Assembly (NCBI RefSeq): GCF_028641065.1
Contig: NC_073402.1
Location: 20,708,001 to 20,772,000 of the forward strand
Direction of reading: 5' to 3'
DNA length: 64,000 nucleotides
Source: Leucoraja erinacea
Taxonomy: Eukaryota
Shown: positions 51,445 to 64,000 of the stretch, piece after piece
Layout: each line of letters begins with the position of its first letter
Numbering within the stretch: the first letter of the stretch is position 1
Position numbers and translations under genes: made by a program
Notes under the pieces: generated by a model
The model's database searches: none
Told to the model about the DNA's origin: nothing
Seen by the model: the letters and a program-made list of their open reading frames with translations, nothing else

Positions 51445-52508
51445 CAAAGATCTTATAGCGGAGCAAGATAGGCTACTCCTGCTAAATGCAATGGACTGAC
51501 GTGTAGTACGCTATGGAGGGGGATCATGGGCATTTTCCACGCCCATTTTAGCAACCTGAGCCTACCTAACCCGACCCGACTCGCACTGTAATCAATGTTG
51601 CGGGGCAACAGTTTGTGTGGGTCAGATTCATAAATCTGTCAGTTCAAACTTCTTGTCAAGAATAAAATTTGATTCTGGTAATTGTCTTTTTTAATGTTTT
51701 TTAAATCATTTCTTTTTAAATGGCTCACAAGCAGTGTTTGAGTTGATTTTGTAGTAACCGGAACCGACCGACTCGCAGGGTGATTGACAGGGGGGACTTT
51801 TTGTGCGTGATTATAGGGTTAGATTCGTAATTCAATTAGTTCATAATTCTGTTGATTCTTGTTAAGGAATAAAATGTTTATAAACACACATACATGAAAA
51901 TTATATAAATGTATATAACACACACAATTATATTTCTTCTAAACCAATAATGAACTTTATTTCAGACTAGACAAGGGACATTAAATAAGAAACATTGTAA
52001 ATAAGAAACATTGTCTTGGGGCACTCTCTCTCCCCGCTGCCCCGGGCCCCGCACTCCTTCTCCCCGCTGCCCCGGGCCCCGCACTCCTTCTCCCCGCTGC
52101 CCCGGGCCCCGCACTCCTTCTCCCCGCTCTCTCTCCGCTGCCCCGGACCCCGCACTCCTTCTCCCCCGCTGCCCCGCACTCTCTCTCCCCGCTGCCCCGG
52201 GCCCCGCACTCTCTCTCCCCGCACTCCTTCTCCCCGCTGCCCCGGGCCCCGCACTCCTTCTCCCCGCTGCCCCGGGCCTTGCACTCCTTCTCCCCGCTGC
52301 CCCGGGCCTTGCACTCCTTCTCCACGCTGCGGATCCAATCTTTGGCCGGAAGCAAGAAGGCGGGAGCAAGAAAGCGGTGCAAGATGGCGGAACAAGATGG
52401 CGGAGTCTGCTTGCTAAAATGTGTCCTGTAATCACCCATGAAACCGCCCATGAGCGTACCTCACGTTTGCGTGAGAGTAACCTATCTTGCTTCGCTCTAA
52501 GATCTTTG
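51445..52508. mobile_element. Non-autonomous TIR DNA transposon, 1064 bp (probable P superfamily)
   Basis: 34-bp TIRs (51445-51478 and 52475-52508, 31/34 identical, CAAAG...CTTTG), perfect 8-bp TSD CTGGTTAC (51437-51444, 52509-52516), no transposase ORF. Confidence 0.9.
52019..52330. repeat. GC-rich ~30-bp minisatellite inside the TIR element
   Basis: About 10 units of GCACTCCTTCTCCCCGCTGCCCCGGGCCCC with partial units; source of the repetitive ORFs at 51962-52601. Confidence 0.95.
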
Positions 52509-52519
52509 CTGGTTACTGT

Positions 52520-52555
52520 CAAAGATCCTAGAGGAGCGCTCCTCTATAATCTTTG
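52520..52555. mobile_element. 36-bp TIR-only transposon scar with 8-bp TSD
   Basis: GTTACTGT|CAAAGATCCTAGAGGAGCGCTCCTCTATAATCTTTG|GTTACTGT; 18+18 palindrome (16/18). Confidence 0.88.
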
Positions 52556-52599
52556 GTTACTGTGTCCAGAGACAATAATCCCTCCCCCCTCCCCCCTTT

Positions 52600-52870
52600 A
52601 GAAAGGATGGCATCACGTGAGGAGGTGAAGTGAGGTGGGCGTGGTTAGACGCATGCGCACTGCCCCCCCCGGCGGTGGGGCGAACAATGACTGGCGTTTT
52701 AATGAAAGGATTACATCATCACGTACGCCGTCACTAATCACGTGACGTCCGGGCGGACTGGCATGCGCAAAGATCCTATAGCGAAGGATCTTTGGGCATG
52801 CGCAGTGGGTCTTTGCTGGGACAAAGATCGTCTATTGTTTGTGGTGGGGACTGTGCGCGGCCGAGTGAGT
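52600..52870 (+). promoter_or_regulatory. tmem50a CpG-island promoter and non-coding exon 1
   Basis: NRF1-like CGCATGCGCA (~52650) and GCATGCGCA (52761, 52796), E-box/CRE TCACGTGACGT (~52738), GC boxes, donor GA|GTGAGT at 52865. Confidence 0.7.
52768..52794. mobile_element. 27-bp TIR-only transposon scar with 8-bp TSD
   Basis: GGCATGCG|CAAAGATCCTATAGCGA+AGGATCTTTG|GGCATGCG: 17 nt of the left TIR plus 10 nt of the right TIR. Confidence 0.88.
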
Positions 52871-53410
52871 ACAGACTGCGCTTTCGTTAAACGCCTAGCA
52901 TCATTTGGTGCTTCGACTGTCCAGTTGTTGTTCTTCCTCTTTACAACACGGCGTGCATTTTCCTGACGGTCGTTGATGCGTCTCCGAACTGGGCTTCACT
53001 GCCTGGGCCAGAGCTCAATCGTTAAAGGTCCAAGGAAGTTTGGATGTGGGGTTGGGGTGTCCGACTCTGTCCGTTTGGGGGTAGTTGTGGTCCGTGAGAA
53101 CACCGACTTGTAGCTGGAGAGAGCGGAGTGGCAGATTCCCAGCAGTAGCCAGGCTGTTGCTCGGCCTAGACACCAATATTCATCAAGGAACATGTAGAAT
53201 AGATCATTGTTAGTTAGAAATGCACGCAGTGTTGTGACCAGTCTTACTGTCTTTTACTACATTTCATCTCTGTTTGCTTTGTTGTTGCCTTCTTCCAACT
53301 AACAATGATGTATTCTACATTTTCCTTCAGCTACATTCCCTTTGTCCTGTTTTTACACCTTACACTTCCTTATCTACACACCTCCTTATCTATGTAACGC
53401 CTACTCCGCT

Positions 53411-53548
53411 GACATCAGTCTGAAGAAGGGTCTCGACCTGAAACGTCACCCGTTCCTTCTCTCCAGAGATGCTGCCTGGCCCGCTGAGTTACTCCAGCAT
53501 TTTGTCTAACTTCAATTTAAACCAGCATCTGCAGTTCCTTCCTACACG
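53411..53548 (+). repeat. Penelope-derived short repeat with hammerhead core
   Basis: CTGAAGA-A-GGGTCTCGACCT-GAAA-C-GTC at 53420-53447, followed by the family tail AGAGATGCTGCC...GAGTTACTCCAGC...CCAGCATCTGCAGTTCC. Confidence 0.8.
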
Positions 53549-54120
53549 TATTGCTCGGCCTAGTCACGGATCTCTCTTCAAAAATCTTGTAGCTATGCTC
53601 TTCAATCTTTCCAAGTTGTGTGCATTTGAGTTCTGATGTGGAGGAGTGGTGAGAATGGAGAAATAGATTTCCCCCTGAAGAGCATATCGAGGATCAACAC
53701 CCGAGATCTGGAGCACCATGGATGGTTTGGCTGTATATGGAGGGGGGTGAAAGGTCAAGAAAACAAGAGATTCTCTACTTAGAAGAGCAAACGAGGAAGT
53801 CGAGGATCCAATTACATAAGTGATGAGCTAAGATGCAATTCCCTGAGTTTGATGATAAGTTTAGAGGAGATGGTGGTGTTGAAGGCAGAACTATAGTGCA
53901 TCAACAGCCTGACTTGCATATTCTTATCATCCAAGTGGTCCTGTGCAGAGCTGGTTATATCGCATCCTCTGCTGATTTTTTGTGATGGTGGGCAAATTGT
54001 AGTGAGCCCAGGTTCTTATTAAGGCCGGGGTTGATATGTGTCATAATCAACCTCTCAAAGCACTTCATCAACACAGATGTCTGTGCTGGTGATCAGTTGC
54101 CATTGAGGTCTGTCACCTTG

Positions 54121-54650
54121 CATAGAAACATAGAAACATAGAAATTAGGTGCAGGAGTAGGCCATTCGGCCCTTCGAGCCTGCACCGCCATTTAATATGA
54201 TCATGGCTGATCATCCAACTCATTATCCCGTACCTGCCTTTTCTCCATACCCTCTGATCCCCTTGGCCACAAGGGCCACATCTAACTCCCTCTTAAATAT
54301 AGCCAATGAACTGGCCTCAACTACCCTCTGTGGCAGAGAGTTCCAGAGATTCACCACTCTCTGTGTGAAAAAAGTTCTCCTCATATCGGTTTTAAAGGAT
54401 TTCCCCCTTATCCTTAAGCTGTGACCCCTTGTCCTGGACTTCCCCAACATCGGAAACAATCTTCCTGCATCTAGCCTGTCCAACCCTTTAAGAATTTTGT
54501 AAGTTTCTATAAGATCCCCTCTCAATCTCCTAAACTCTAGAGAGTATAAACCAAGTCTATCCAGTCTTTCTTCATAAGACAGTCCTGACATCCCAGGAAT
54601 CAGTCTGGTGAACCGCCTCTGCACTCCCTCTATGGCAATAATGTCCTTCC
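54121..54650 (-). mobile_element. Young CR1 LINE 3' fragment
   Basis: Intact ORF QRRFTRLIPGMSGLSYEERLDRLGLYSLEFRRLRGDLIETYKIL...WNSLP and an octamer (TTCTATGT)n tail at 54121-54143. Confidence 0.92.
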
Positions 54651-57349
54651 TTCTTGAGCAGTGGTATAATGGATGTATTTTTAAAGCAGATGGGGAACAC
54701 AGGCCTTGGCAATGAGAGGTTGAAAATGTCTAATAACACCAGCCGCATTTTAGGAAAGAAGTGAAGGCTTTGGAGAGGTGCTGTAAAGATTTGTCAACAT
54801 AGAATGAAGATTGGCAAAAGAACCAGAATGTGGTTGGTGTGTGGCATTGACTGCCAGGGTTTCGTACTGAAGGAATATTGAATTGTGGTGTTTTTAAAAA
54901 AAAATCTAAAATAATTTGCTGGGGAGGGTGGGGGAGTGAGACTGTCTAGATTTTTTGTAAATATTCATTTTTTAGGATCTGGATGTGACTGGCAAGTTTA
55001 ACATTTAGTGGTCAACACTATTTGTCTTTAGAAGATAGTGATGTGCCACCACCTTAAACAGCGGTGATCTTCCCATGCTGCTATTAGCAAGGAAGTTCCA
55101 GGGTTGAGAACTACGATGAGGAAGTACTGGTGATATACTTCTAAGTCAATGTGACGTGTGTGTTGGAAGAGAATCTGCAGGGGATGATCAAGCGTTTGAA
55201 AGATGTGGCCTATGCATATAACTTGACTGTGTCGACTATATAACTGTAGTGCTCTCTATCGATGTACCTGTATGCTAGTGATGGAGGGAATGAATATTTA
55301 AAGCGGTTGCTTTCGTTTCAGTCCAGTAGGTGAGTTTGAATTGTTGGGGCTGCTCTCATTCGTTCTTCATGCATGGAGTTGGTATGGTCTCAATGGATTA
55401 ACTGCCCTCTATCTCTATGACGAACATCCTATGATTAATGTATCTAATTGGAATAATCCATGTGAAGGACAAAAGGGTATATGTAGTAATATAAACAAAA
55501 TATGAGCATATTGTGTTGAATGTTTTGATGTGGGTAATTTGGTTAACAGGATTGTGAGTATTGTATGTTCATTAATATTTTAAAGTGGGAAATTATTGAT
55601 TTATATTGAGAACAATAAGTATTCTTTCAAAGTTTTATTGCCATGGCATAATTACGATTCCACCATCAATCAGATTAAACACTAATTCTTTCCCTTTTCA
55701 TGCGAGGAAAATCATTAATTAGAGAACAATAATTCACATCCCTGCACCCTGCCACAACATCATCCATGATCATTGTCTTTTGTTGAATGTAGTTGTGGTT
55801 ATATCCTATCCTCCTTGAACTGAGCTTCTCATGTTTCCCAGCTGGCTCCTTGAGCCCGCCATAGTTTTCATCATAAACCGGCTAATCTGCCTCAGCCCCA
55901 CCTTCAACAGTCAAACAGGACAGAACTAGGCCCTTCAGCACACAGAGTACATGCCAGAGTACTTGCCAGGTAGTTATTCCACATTGATGCCATTTTATTC
56001 TCCCCACATTCCTGTCAATTCTGTCACTCGTCTACAGACGGGCAATTTACAGCAGTCTATCCTTGTTCTCTTGAAATAGTGCCTGATCCACTGAGCTGCT
56101 CCAACTCTGTGTCTTTTGTAAACCAGCATCTACAGTTCCTCGTTTCTACTTCTCTCTCAACCCGAGTGGATCGTCTCTGACTTACCTCCAATGTTAATAT
56201 ATCTGCTTAAATTGTAGGCGACCAAAACAAGACGCAATATTCTAGATGAAGCCACACTGACATTCTGTACAATTTTAACAATACTTCTCTGTATATATGC
56301 GCTAACTTCCTTGCAGTAAAGGTAAATATGCCTTTTGCCTCCCTAACTACTTGCTATACCCTCATATTAACTTTGTGTTCTAGAAAAGTGCCGCACCATT
56401 CATTTGCACTCTCTGTATTTAGATAACTGTTTGTCTTTTGATTCCTAACATTGCAGTTTCCTACAGAGAAATACATTTGCCAAGGTTTTGCCTAATCATT
56501 CAACCTCTCTTATAGTCACGTAGGCATGTGCCTTCCTACCTTTTTTTTGTCATCAACAATCTTTAATACCTTGCCCTCTGGTTCCTCCTCCAATTCATTA
56601 AGGTAGATAGTATTAATGGAAGCCCTTACGTATATCTAGCTACATGTTTTATTACTACATGTTTTATTCTATCCTCGAAGAACCCAAGCAAATTTATCAA
56701 ATGTTTGTTTAAGTTATCATTTCACAGTTCAGTTCCATTCCATTTATGTATCCATTTTTTCCAATTTAAATTTGGCCACTTTCACCACTCCAACCTTGAT
56801 ACGATTTTTAGAAATGTACAAAATTACATTATGCACAGCAAGTTTTTGGCATTGACATGCTAAACTTTTTTTAATTTATTTCAGTCCCAGTTCCAGTACT
56901 CTGACTGATTCTGACCCGTTCTTTTAAATAGATAGTCAAATTTTGAAGAGATCTTGGAAGATATCTACCCAGGTAGATCAGGGGGAAAGGGTTTGTATTT
57001 ATTTGAATAGTCAAGCTAATTCTCCTTTGAGTAGAAAAGGCTGAGCAGATTTGACAAGGGATTAAAATCATGAGGTTTAATAGAATAAATGAGGACAAGT
57101 TGTGTCTGGTCATTTTTGAGGACACGGATTTAAAACCAAAGAACCAGATGTTATGACATGAAAAAAAAAACGAATTGAATAAAAGTGTGGATTATATAGG
57201 ATCTTGGCGTCAGATCCACTAGCAGACCTCAAAAGCATTGAATAAACGCTTGAAGGAACATAAAGCATTCAAGCGTATAAGAAAGAGCAGAACACTATTG
57301 TTTGGAAAAGTCAATGCAGACTTTAAGCTTCTGATTCCATAATTTGTGA

Positions 57350-57505
<156 letters not shown>

Positions 57506-59572
57506 TGAAAAATTGACCTTTTTTGATAAGATAATTATAGAAGTCATATCTTAAAAGATAATTATAAAAGTTATATATTTACTCTGGGTAAATTCTGTGT
57601 ATTTTCAAAAAGATTTATTAAAAAAATGATAATATCAACATAATAAATATGATAAATGTGTAGGGAGGAACTGCAGATGCTGGTTTAAACCGAAGACCGA
57701 AACAAAAAGCTGGAGTAACGCAGCATCTCTAGGGAAAAGGAATAGGTGACGTTTCTGGTCGAGACCATTCTTCAGACTGAGTAATGTAATAAAATATAAT
57801 ATAAAATATAAAGTTCCAGAGCATCTTGGATTTCAGAATTTACCTGATTAATCCAAATACCACTGATGCTATTAAAGGTCATCAACTTGAAATGATAACT
57901 GATTCTCTCTGCACAGATGTTGCCTGACTTGCTAAGTATTTGCAGTTCTTGCTTGATTTTCTAGCATATGCAGCCCCTTTGCTTCAAAACACAGTGGAGG
58001 AACAAGAAACTGCAGATGCTGAAATCTTGAGAAAAATCAAAGTGCTGGAGGGTCAGGCAGCATCTTGGCGGGAATGGATAGACAATATTTCTGTCGAGTT
58101 TGAAGAAGGGTTCCAACCTGAAACGTCTTCAGTCCATTCCCTCCACAGATGCTGCCTGATCCACTGTATTCCTCCAGCACTTTGTGTTTTGCTCAAAAAT
58201 AATCTGCTGCCCCAGAAATCGTACAGTGGATTGTTATTCTCATTTCAATGGGCACATGTCGACTTCGCTTTTTTAATTACAATAATTTACGTAACCCACT
58301 ATAATTTTTGGTCCATTTTTTTTCTCTGTGGGAGTACCTCTATCTGTCTGACAGCTGGGACTTACTTGTCTTCCTTTGCATAACAGCCCTTTTTTACATT
58401 TCCCCTGTAAATGGGTGTCATAAAGTGATTACTTTTACCGTGGGATCAGTTTTATTGTATTGATCCTGGTATACAAACATGCTATGTATATCTTTGCCCT
58501 ATCTTGCTTTGCTTAGCAATCTAAACACTTCCCTAATGTAATTATTGTCTCCTCTAACATGACCGTTAAATTACCTTCTATATGTTGACCTCCTTTTGCA
58601 TAATCCTTTTTCCTGTAAATCTCTTGGATTAACCATATTACAAACTCGCCAAATGTTATTATAATTTCCAGAAATTCCTAAACCACCTGAGTTCTCTGGT
58701 TTCCACATCCCAAAGATATGCTGTTAATTCGTAACTGTAAACTGCCCCTAGTATAGATGGATGGTAGGAGAATAGGCTGGGGAGGGCTGGAGAGAATAGA
58801 TTACAGGGGATAGACACAAAATGCTGGAGTAACACAGTGGGACGGGCAGCATCTCTGGATGGAATGAATGGGTTACATTTTAGGCCAAGTCCCTTCTTCA
58901 GACTGAAATTCACAAAAGTTCCACTGACTTTCAGTCTGAAGAAGGGTTTTGACCCGAAACATCACCCATTCCTTCTCTCCAGAGATGCTACCTGTCCCAC
59001 TGAGTTACTCCAGTATTTTTTGTCTATCTTCGGTTTAAACCAGCATCTCCAGTTCCTTCCTACACATAGATCACAGGGGAACGCAATTGCTCGGAGAGCC
59101 TGCTCTTGGTAGCCTTTATGATTCCTATGTTACGAGGAAAATATCTGGAAACACCACCCCCTTTATCCTTTTTCCCTTTCCCCCCACTTTGACTGAAGAC
59201 ATTAATCTTTTACAATTGGATTATAGTGACTTCATGTCTTTCATTGGAATTAATAACAGTTCGAATATGTGGTGCTAATAGCCAAACCTAATCCCAACCT
59301 GATTATCCCAACCTGAGGGATTGAGGCTAGCTAGTGTTACAACTGCTTGGCTTTCAACATCTAATGGCATTGATGAGAGACCGAATCACTTGCTGTTGCT
59401 TTCTCTTGCTGACTTACTTTCTTTGGGTGTTACAATTTGTTCTGCCATTGATTCTGATAATGTGTTTACTGACATTTTGTATATTTGACAATATGCCATT
59501 CACTAATGTGAATCAGAGGAAATTTACTTTACATTTACTTTCACAATATTTAAGGATTTGTTTATCTTTTAG

Positions 59573-59725
<153 letters not shown>

Positions 59726-60665
59726 TAGAAGTTGTTCAGCCAGGGCTGAACACTTCTCGGCATCTGCATACAATGGTGTCTTTCTTGTGCGTGGTGGTGG
59801 GAAGATTGATGAAAACAGGGTCGCGACGTGAACTCTCTTTCCTTGAGCCCTATGTAGAGGCGAATTTCAGCAATGAAATTTGGATTTGCTTTACCCTTTA
59901 TCCACAGCTCATTTGCACTGATCCAGACTGCTTGAAACCTCATTGACCAATTTTTAGATTAAAAAAAAAATATCATAAAAGATTTTTGTTCTGCTTTGAT
60001 GTTACTTTTTTATATCATTCTTGTTTAAATAAAAATAACATGGTTCATTCTGGTGGTTATGTTGGTGCTCAAATGTTTTACTTGCGGTATAGTTGGGCTC
60101 ATCTGATCCAAGAGCATGAAGCAGCATTTCACTAAATTTGTATTTCATTAAAGATGTCTTTTCTTTGAACGGAGCACAATTCAGTTTTTATACAAATATG
60201 TTATATTTGCCAAGCTCTTCATTTTGAAACTACAAAATCCATGTTTATTCTCTATTTAATTTTATATCGTGACTGACTTTTAAAAATTTTTTTTTTAATG
60301 AGCTGACTTAAGGTGTGACTTGACCAGATCACAATGCAGTTTAATAAGTACTGGATTGAGAAATAATTCATACTGATTTTTTTTTTTTTTAACAGCTCGG
60401 TTCGTGAGATTGCAGAAACCTTAAGCCATATGCTTTGTTCACACAGCATAGATGTAAAATTGTTTTCTTACCTGCTTAATCATATTAGTAGAAAATTGGA
60501 AATAAAAACAGAAAATAATGGAAGCATTCAGCAGGTCATGCAGCATCTGTTTAACTCGCCAAAGATGCTATCTGGACAGCTGAATGTTCCCAGTATTTTC
60601 AGCATTTCCTTTCATTTACAACAATAAATAGAGGGATTGTTTCAATGACATTCTGATATTGATGA

Positions 60666-60776
<111 letters not shown>

Positions 60777-61222
60777 TAGTGCAAACATTATTGGTTTGCT
60801 GCTTGGGGGTGTTTCTGGTTCAATCTAGTTCTTCTGGGTCTGTTGTCCATTTGTTTCTATTCTGATGATCCCTTAGATGGAGCATCTTGGTTAACATGAT
60901 TGAGTTGGGCCGAAGGGCCAGTTTCCGTTCTTTTGGACTCTGACTCTATAATCTGCATGTCTGGTTATTCACCCATTGGTTTACCTTTTGATGTAATAAG
61001 ATTCAAGTGTTATTACTCAAATAATTACTTTCAACATTACATCACATTTTCTCCTTGTAACTTCACTAAGAGAGAACAGCTAAGGTAATATCAAATTTGT
61101 GTACTGCTTGGAACGTTTCTGAAAATGGCGTATTTAAGAAGTTGTTGTCATTTATTTTAATCAAACGGTGACAAATTTGTTGTAAATATATTGCGTTGCC
61201 ATGCCCTCAAGTAGTAATTTGA

Positions 61223-61375
<153 letters not shown>

Positions 61376-62149
61376 TAATCCTGGGCAGACTAAAAGTGAA
61401 ACAAAAATAATTAGGATGATTAATTGCTTCTCTCTTTTTTAATCTAACGATTAAAAAGGAAATAACAAAGTTTGTACATTTGTGTTATTGCCAAGAAATG
61501 TGACTACCACATGTTATTGTTTCACTTTTGGATTACATTTTCAAGATTTTATTGGATTGTTTGTTTAATATAGTCATCACTGATCTTTTATCTTGGCACA
61601 TTTTGTACCAACACCCCTCCCCCCCCACTCTATTTCCATCAGAATTTATCAGTTTTGTATATTCTCAGTGTTTGTGCCTCCACAGACCCAAATACATTTA
61701 TTTATGCTGTTCAGCGAGTCACCTTATGCTGTTCAGCATTGTCACCTTTGCTGAAATTTAGCATTTGCTGTGGGAGATGGCCACTCTCTGCCATCCACAA
61801 TAGGTCAAAAATCTAATTTGTTTGTTCGCTGGTTTGTTTGAGCATGTACGTATGAAATTAATTCTTCCTCTGTTCCCGAGGAAGGCACTGAATTCAGGAT
61901 AATTTAAACATCAAAACTCAGACAGTGACCATTGTACCCTTAGGTTAATTGCACGTGACCAACAGCATTTAATTCTTAATGAAGAGATGTGAGATACCAT
62001 GACCATTTTCTTGACCAGTTTTCAAATGGATAGTTGTTACTTCTGGCTAACCAGAGATGAACTTCCTGGTCAGAATCCTGATCATAACAATACATCCCAT
62101 TTAATCCAGCCAATCCATCAGTCACATCTCTTCAAAAGTCATCCCCGCC

Positions 62150-62570
62150 CTGGAGTGGAAGAGACTACAAAAAGTAGTAATCACTGCCCAGTCCATCATC
62201 GGCTCTGACCTTCCTTTCCATCGAGGGGATTTATCGAAGTCGCTGCCTCAAAAAGGCTGGCAGTATCATCAAAGACTCGCATCATCCTGGCCACACACTC
62301 ATCTCCCTGCTACCTTCAAGTAGAAGGTACAGGAGCCTGAAGACTGTAATGACCAGGTTCAGGAATAGCTACTTCCCCACAGCCATCGGGCTATTAAATC
62401 TGGCTCGGACAAAACTCTGAACATTAATAACCCATTACCTGTTATTTGCACTTTATCAGTTTATTTATTCATGTGTTTTGTAGTCAATGCCTACTATGTT
62501 CTGTTGTGTTGAAGCAAAGCAAGAATTTAATTGTCCTATCAGGGACACATGACAATAAACTCGCTTGAAC
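62150..62570 (+). mobile_element. Rex1-like LINE 3' fragment
   Basis: RLQKVVITAQSIIGSDLP...HHPGHTLISLLPSSRRYRSLKT; same family as 36700-38045. Confidence 0.8.
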
Positions 62571-63100
62571 TATTAGTAGGCAAGTTGCTAATAGTGACCA
62601 GATGCTGCTAAAGCCATCACTTTTTCCTACATTCCTAGAGTTTAGAAGTTCCTTTGTTTTATAAAACATTCCATTTGTAATCTGCAGGTCAATTACATTT
62701 TGTATATCTTTTATTTGTTCTACAGTGTAATTACAGAAATAAGGTCTGACCTGTTTAATAAGATGATAAGTTATTACTTTATAATGTGTGTTTTACCAGT
62801 TGTTCCAATATCCCAAGTGCACAGAAAAATATCTTGTGTTTATTTTCGATTTTTAAACCAGCATCTGCAGTTCCTTCCTACAATAAAAAATATCCCAATG
62901 GTCTGAACCATCACCATCAAATCAAGTTTATTAAAGCATTTGCCTCAATAATATAATTCTAGTACTAATTTGTGTTGTAAAATCTTTTGAGAATATGAAA
63001 ATATTAAAGAACTGTAAACGTTTTATTATTTGTTGCCATTATCAATTGCAGTAGTGCCCAAACTAAAGTCTCCAATCTTTGGGATGAAAGCATGTTTGAG

Positions 63101-64000
63101 ATTATAATAATAATAATAATAAATTGAATTTATATAGCGCTTTTCAGGGACTCAAAGTCGCTTTACAAGGCAAGGCAAAAAACAAAAACTAAACAAAACA
63201 AACCAAAAAATGAGCAACAATTCAAGCACAGATGAAAAGGGAGGGAGACGTGGGGCTAAGGATAGGCAGAGGTGAACAGATGGGTCTTGAGGCGGGAGTG
63301 GAAGATGGTGAGGGACTCAGAATTGCGGATCAGTTGGGGGAGGGAGTTCCAGAGCCTGGGAGCTGCCCTAGAGAAGGCTCTGTCCCCAAAACTGCGGAGG
63401 TTGGATTTGTGGATGGAGAGGAGACCGGCTGATGTGGATCTGAGGGACCGTGAGGGTTGGTAGGGGGAGAGGAGGTCAGTGAGATATGGGGGGGCCAGAT
63501 GGTGGAGGGCTTTGTAGGTGAGGACCAGGATTTTGTAGGTGATCCGGTGGAAGATGGGAAGCCAGTGAAGTTGTTTGAGGACTGGAGTGATGTGATGCCA
63601 GGATTTGGTGTGGGTGATGAGTCGGGCGGCTGCGTTCTGGACCAGTTGGAGTCGGTTGATGTAGCTGGAGCTGATGCCAAGGAGAAGTGAGTTGCAGTAG
63701 TCCAGTCGGGAGGAGATGAAGGCATGGATGAGTCTTTCAGCAGCGGGGGGTGTGAGAGAGGGTCTGATTTTGGCGATGTTGCGGAGGTGAAAGAAGGTTT
63801 TAATGACATGGCGGATGTGAGGCTCGAGGGAGAGGGTGGAATCAAAGATCACGCCAAGGTTGCGGGCCTGGGGAGATGGAGAGACAGTGGTGCCGTCGAT
63901 GGTGAGAGTGGGATTATTGATTTTGCTGAGTGTGGATTTGGAGCCTATGAGGAGGAATTCTGTTTTATCGCTGTTGAGTTTGAGGAAGTTATGTTGCATC
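63101..64000 (-). mobile_element. L2-clade LINE 3' portion
   Basis: ORF 63256-63999 with LKLNSDKTEFL, RNLGVIFD, SRLDYCNSLL, RLQLVQNAAARL and APRLWNSLP; (TTA)n tail at ~63101-63120. Confidence 0.92.

Noticed and set aside
31300-52600. An RH (RHD-like) gene between rsrp1 and tmem50a
   Set aside because: No Rh/ammonium-transporter-like exons were recognised; the interval is accounted for by mgst3b, snrpc and repeats.
51962-52601. Five overlapping 130-200 aa repetitive ORFs on both strands
   Set aside because: They arise from a stop-free 30-bp GC minisatellite inside a non-coding TIR element.

Overview
Eukaryotic vertebrate genomic DNA, most likely from a cartilaginous fish (skate/ray). This is inferred from the repeat content: CR1, L2, Rex1, Tx1, Penelope and tRNA-derived V-SINE-like repeats. 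Five protein-coding genes can be modelled from GT-AG exons: syf2 (+, 7 exons, 5866-14740), rsrp1 (-, 4 coding exons, 28435-21191), an mgst3b-type MAPEG gene (+, 4 exons, 33993-43265), an intact intronless snrpc/U1-C retrogene (-, 48143-47658) and the first four coding exons of tmem50a (+, from 57395, continuing past the window). This is the SYF2-RSRP1-TMEM50A (RH locus) synteny block. The most striking non-genic signal is a 1064-bp non-autonomous DNA transposon with 34-bp TIRs (CAAAG...CTTTG) and an 8-bp TSD. It is accompanied by four or five 20-36 bp TIR-only scars, each flanked by its own 8-bp TSD and keeping at most about 17-18 nt of each end, and all lying in or near promoters. This matches the excision-footprint signature of P-element-superfamily transposases. 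Also notable are many Penelope-derived repeats carrying minimal hammerhead ribozyme cores (one with a complete helix I), candidate poison exons in rsrp1 intron 3, two related solo LTRs and several nested insertions with visible TSDs. All calls were made by eye and from recalled protein sequences; no searches were run.
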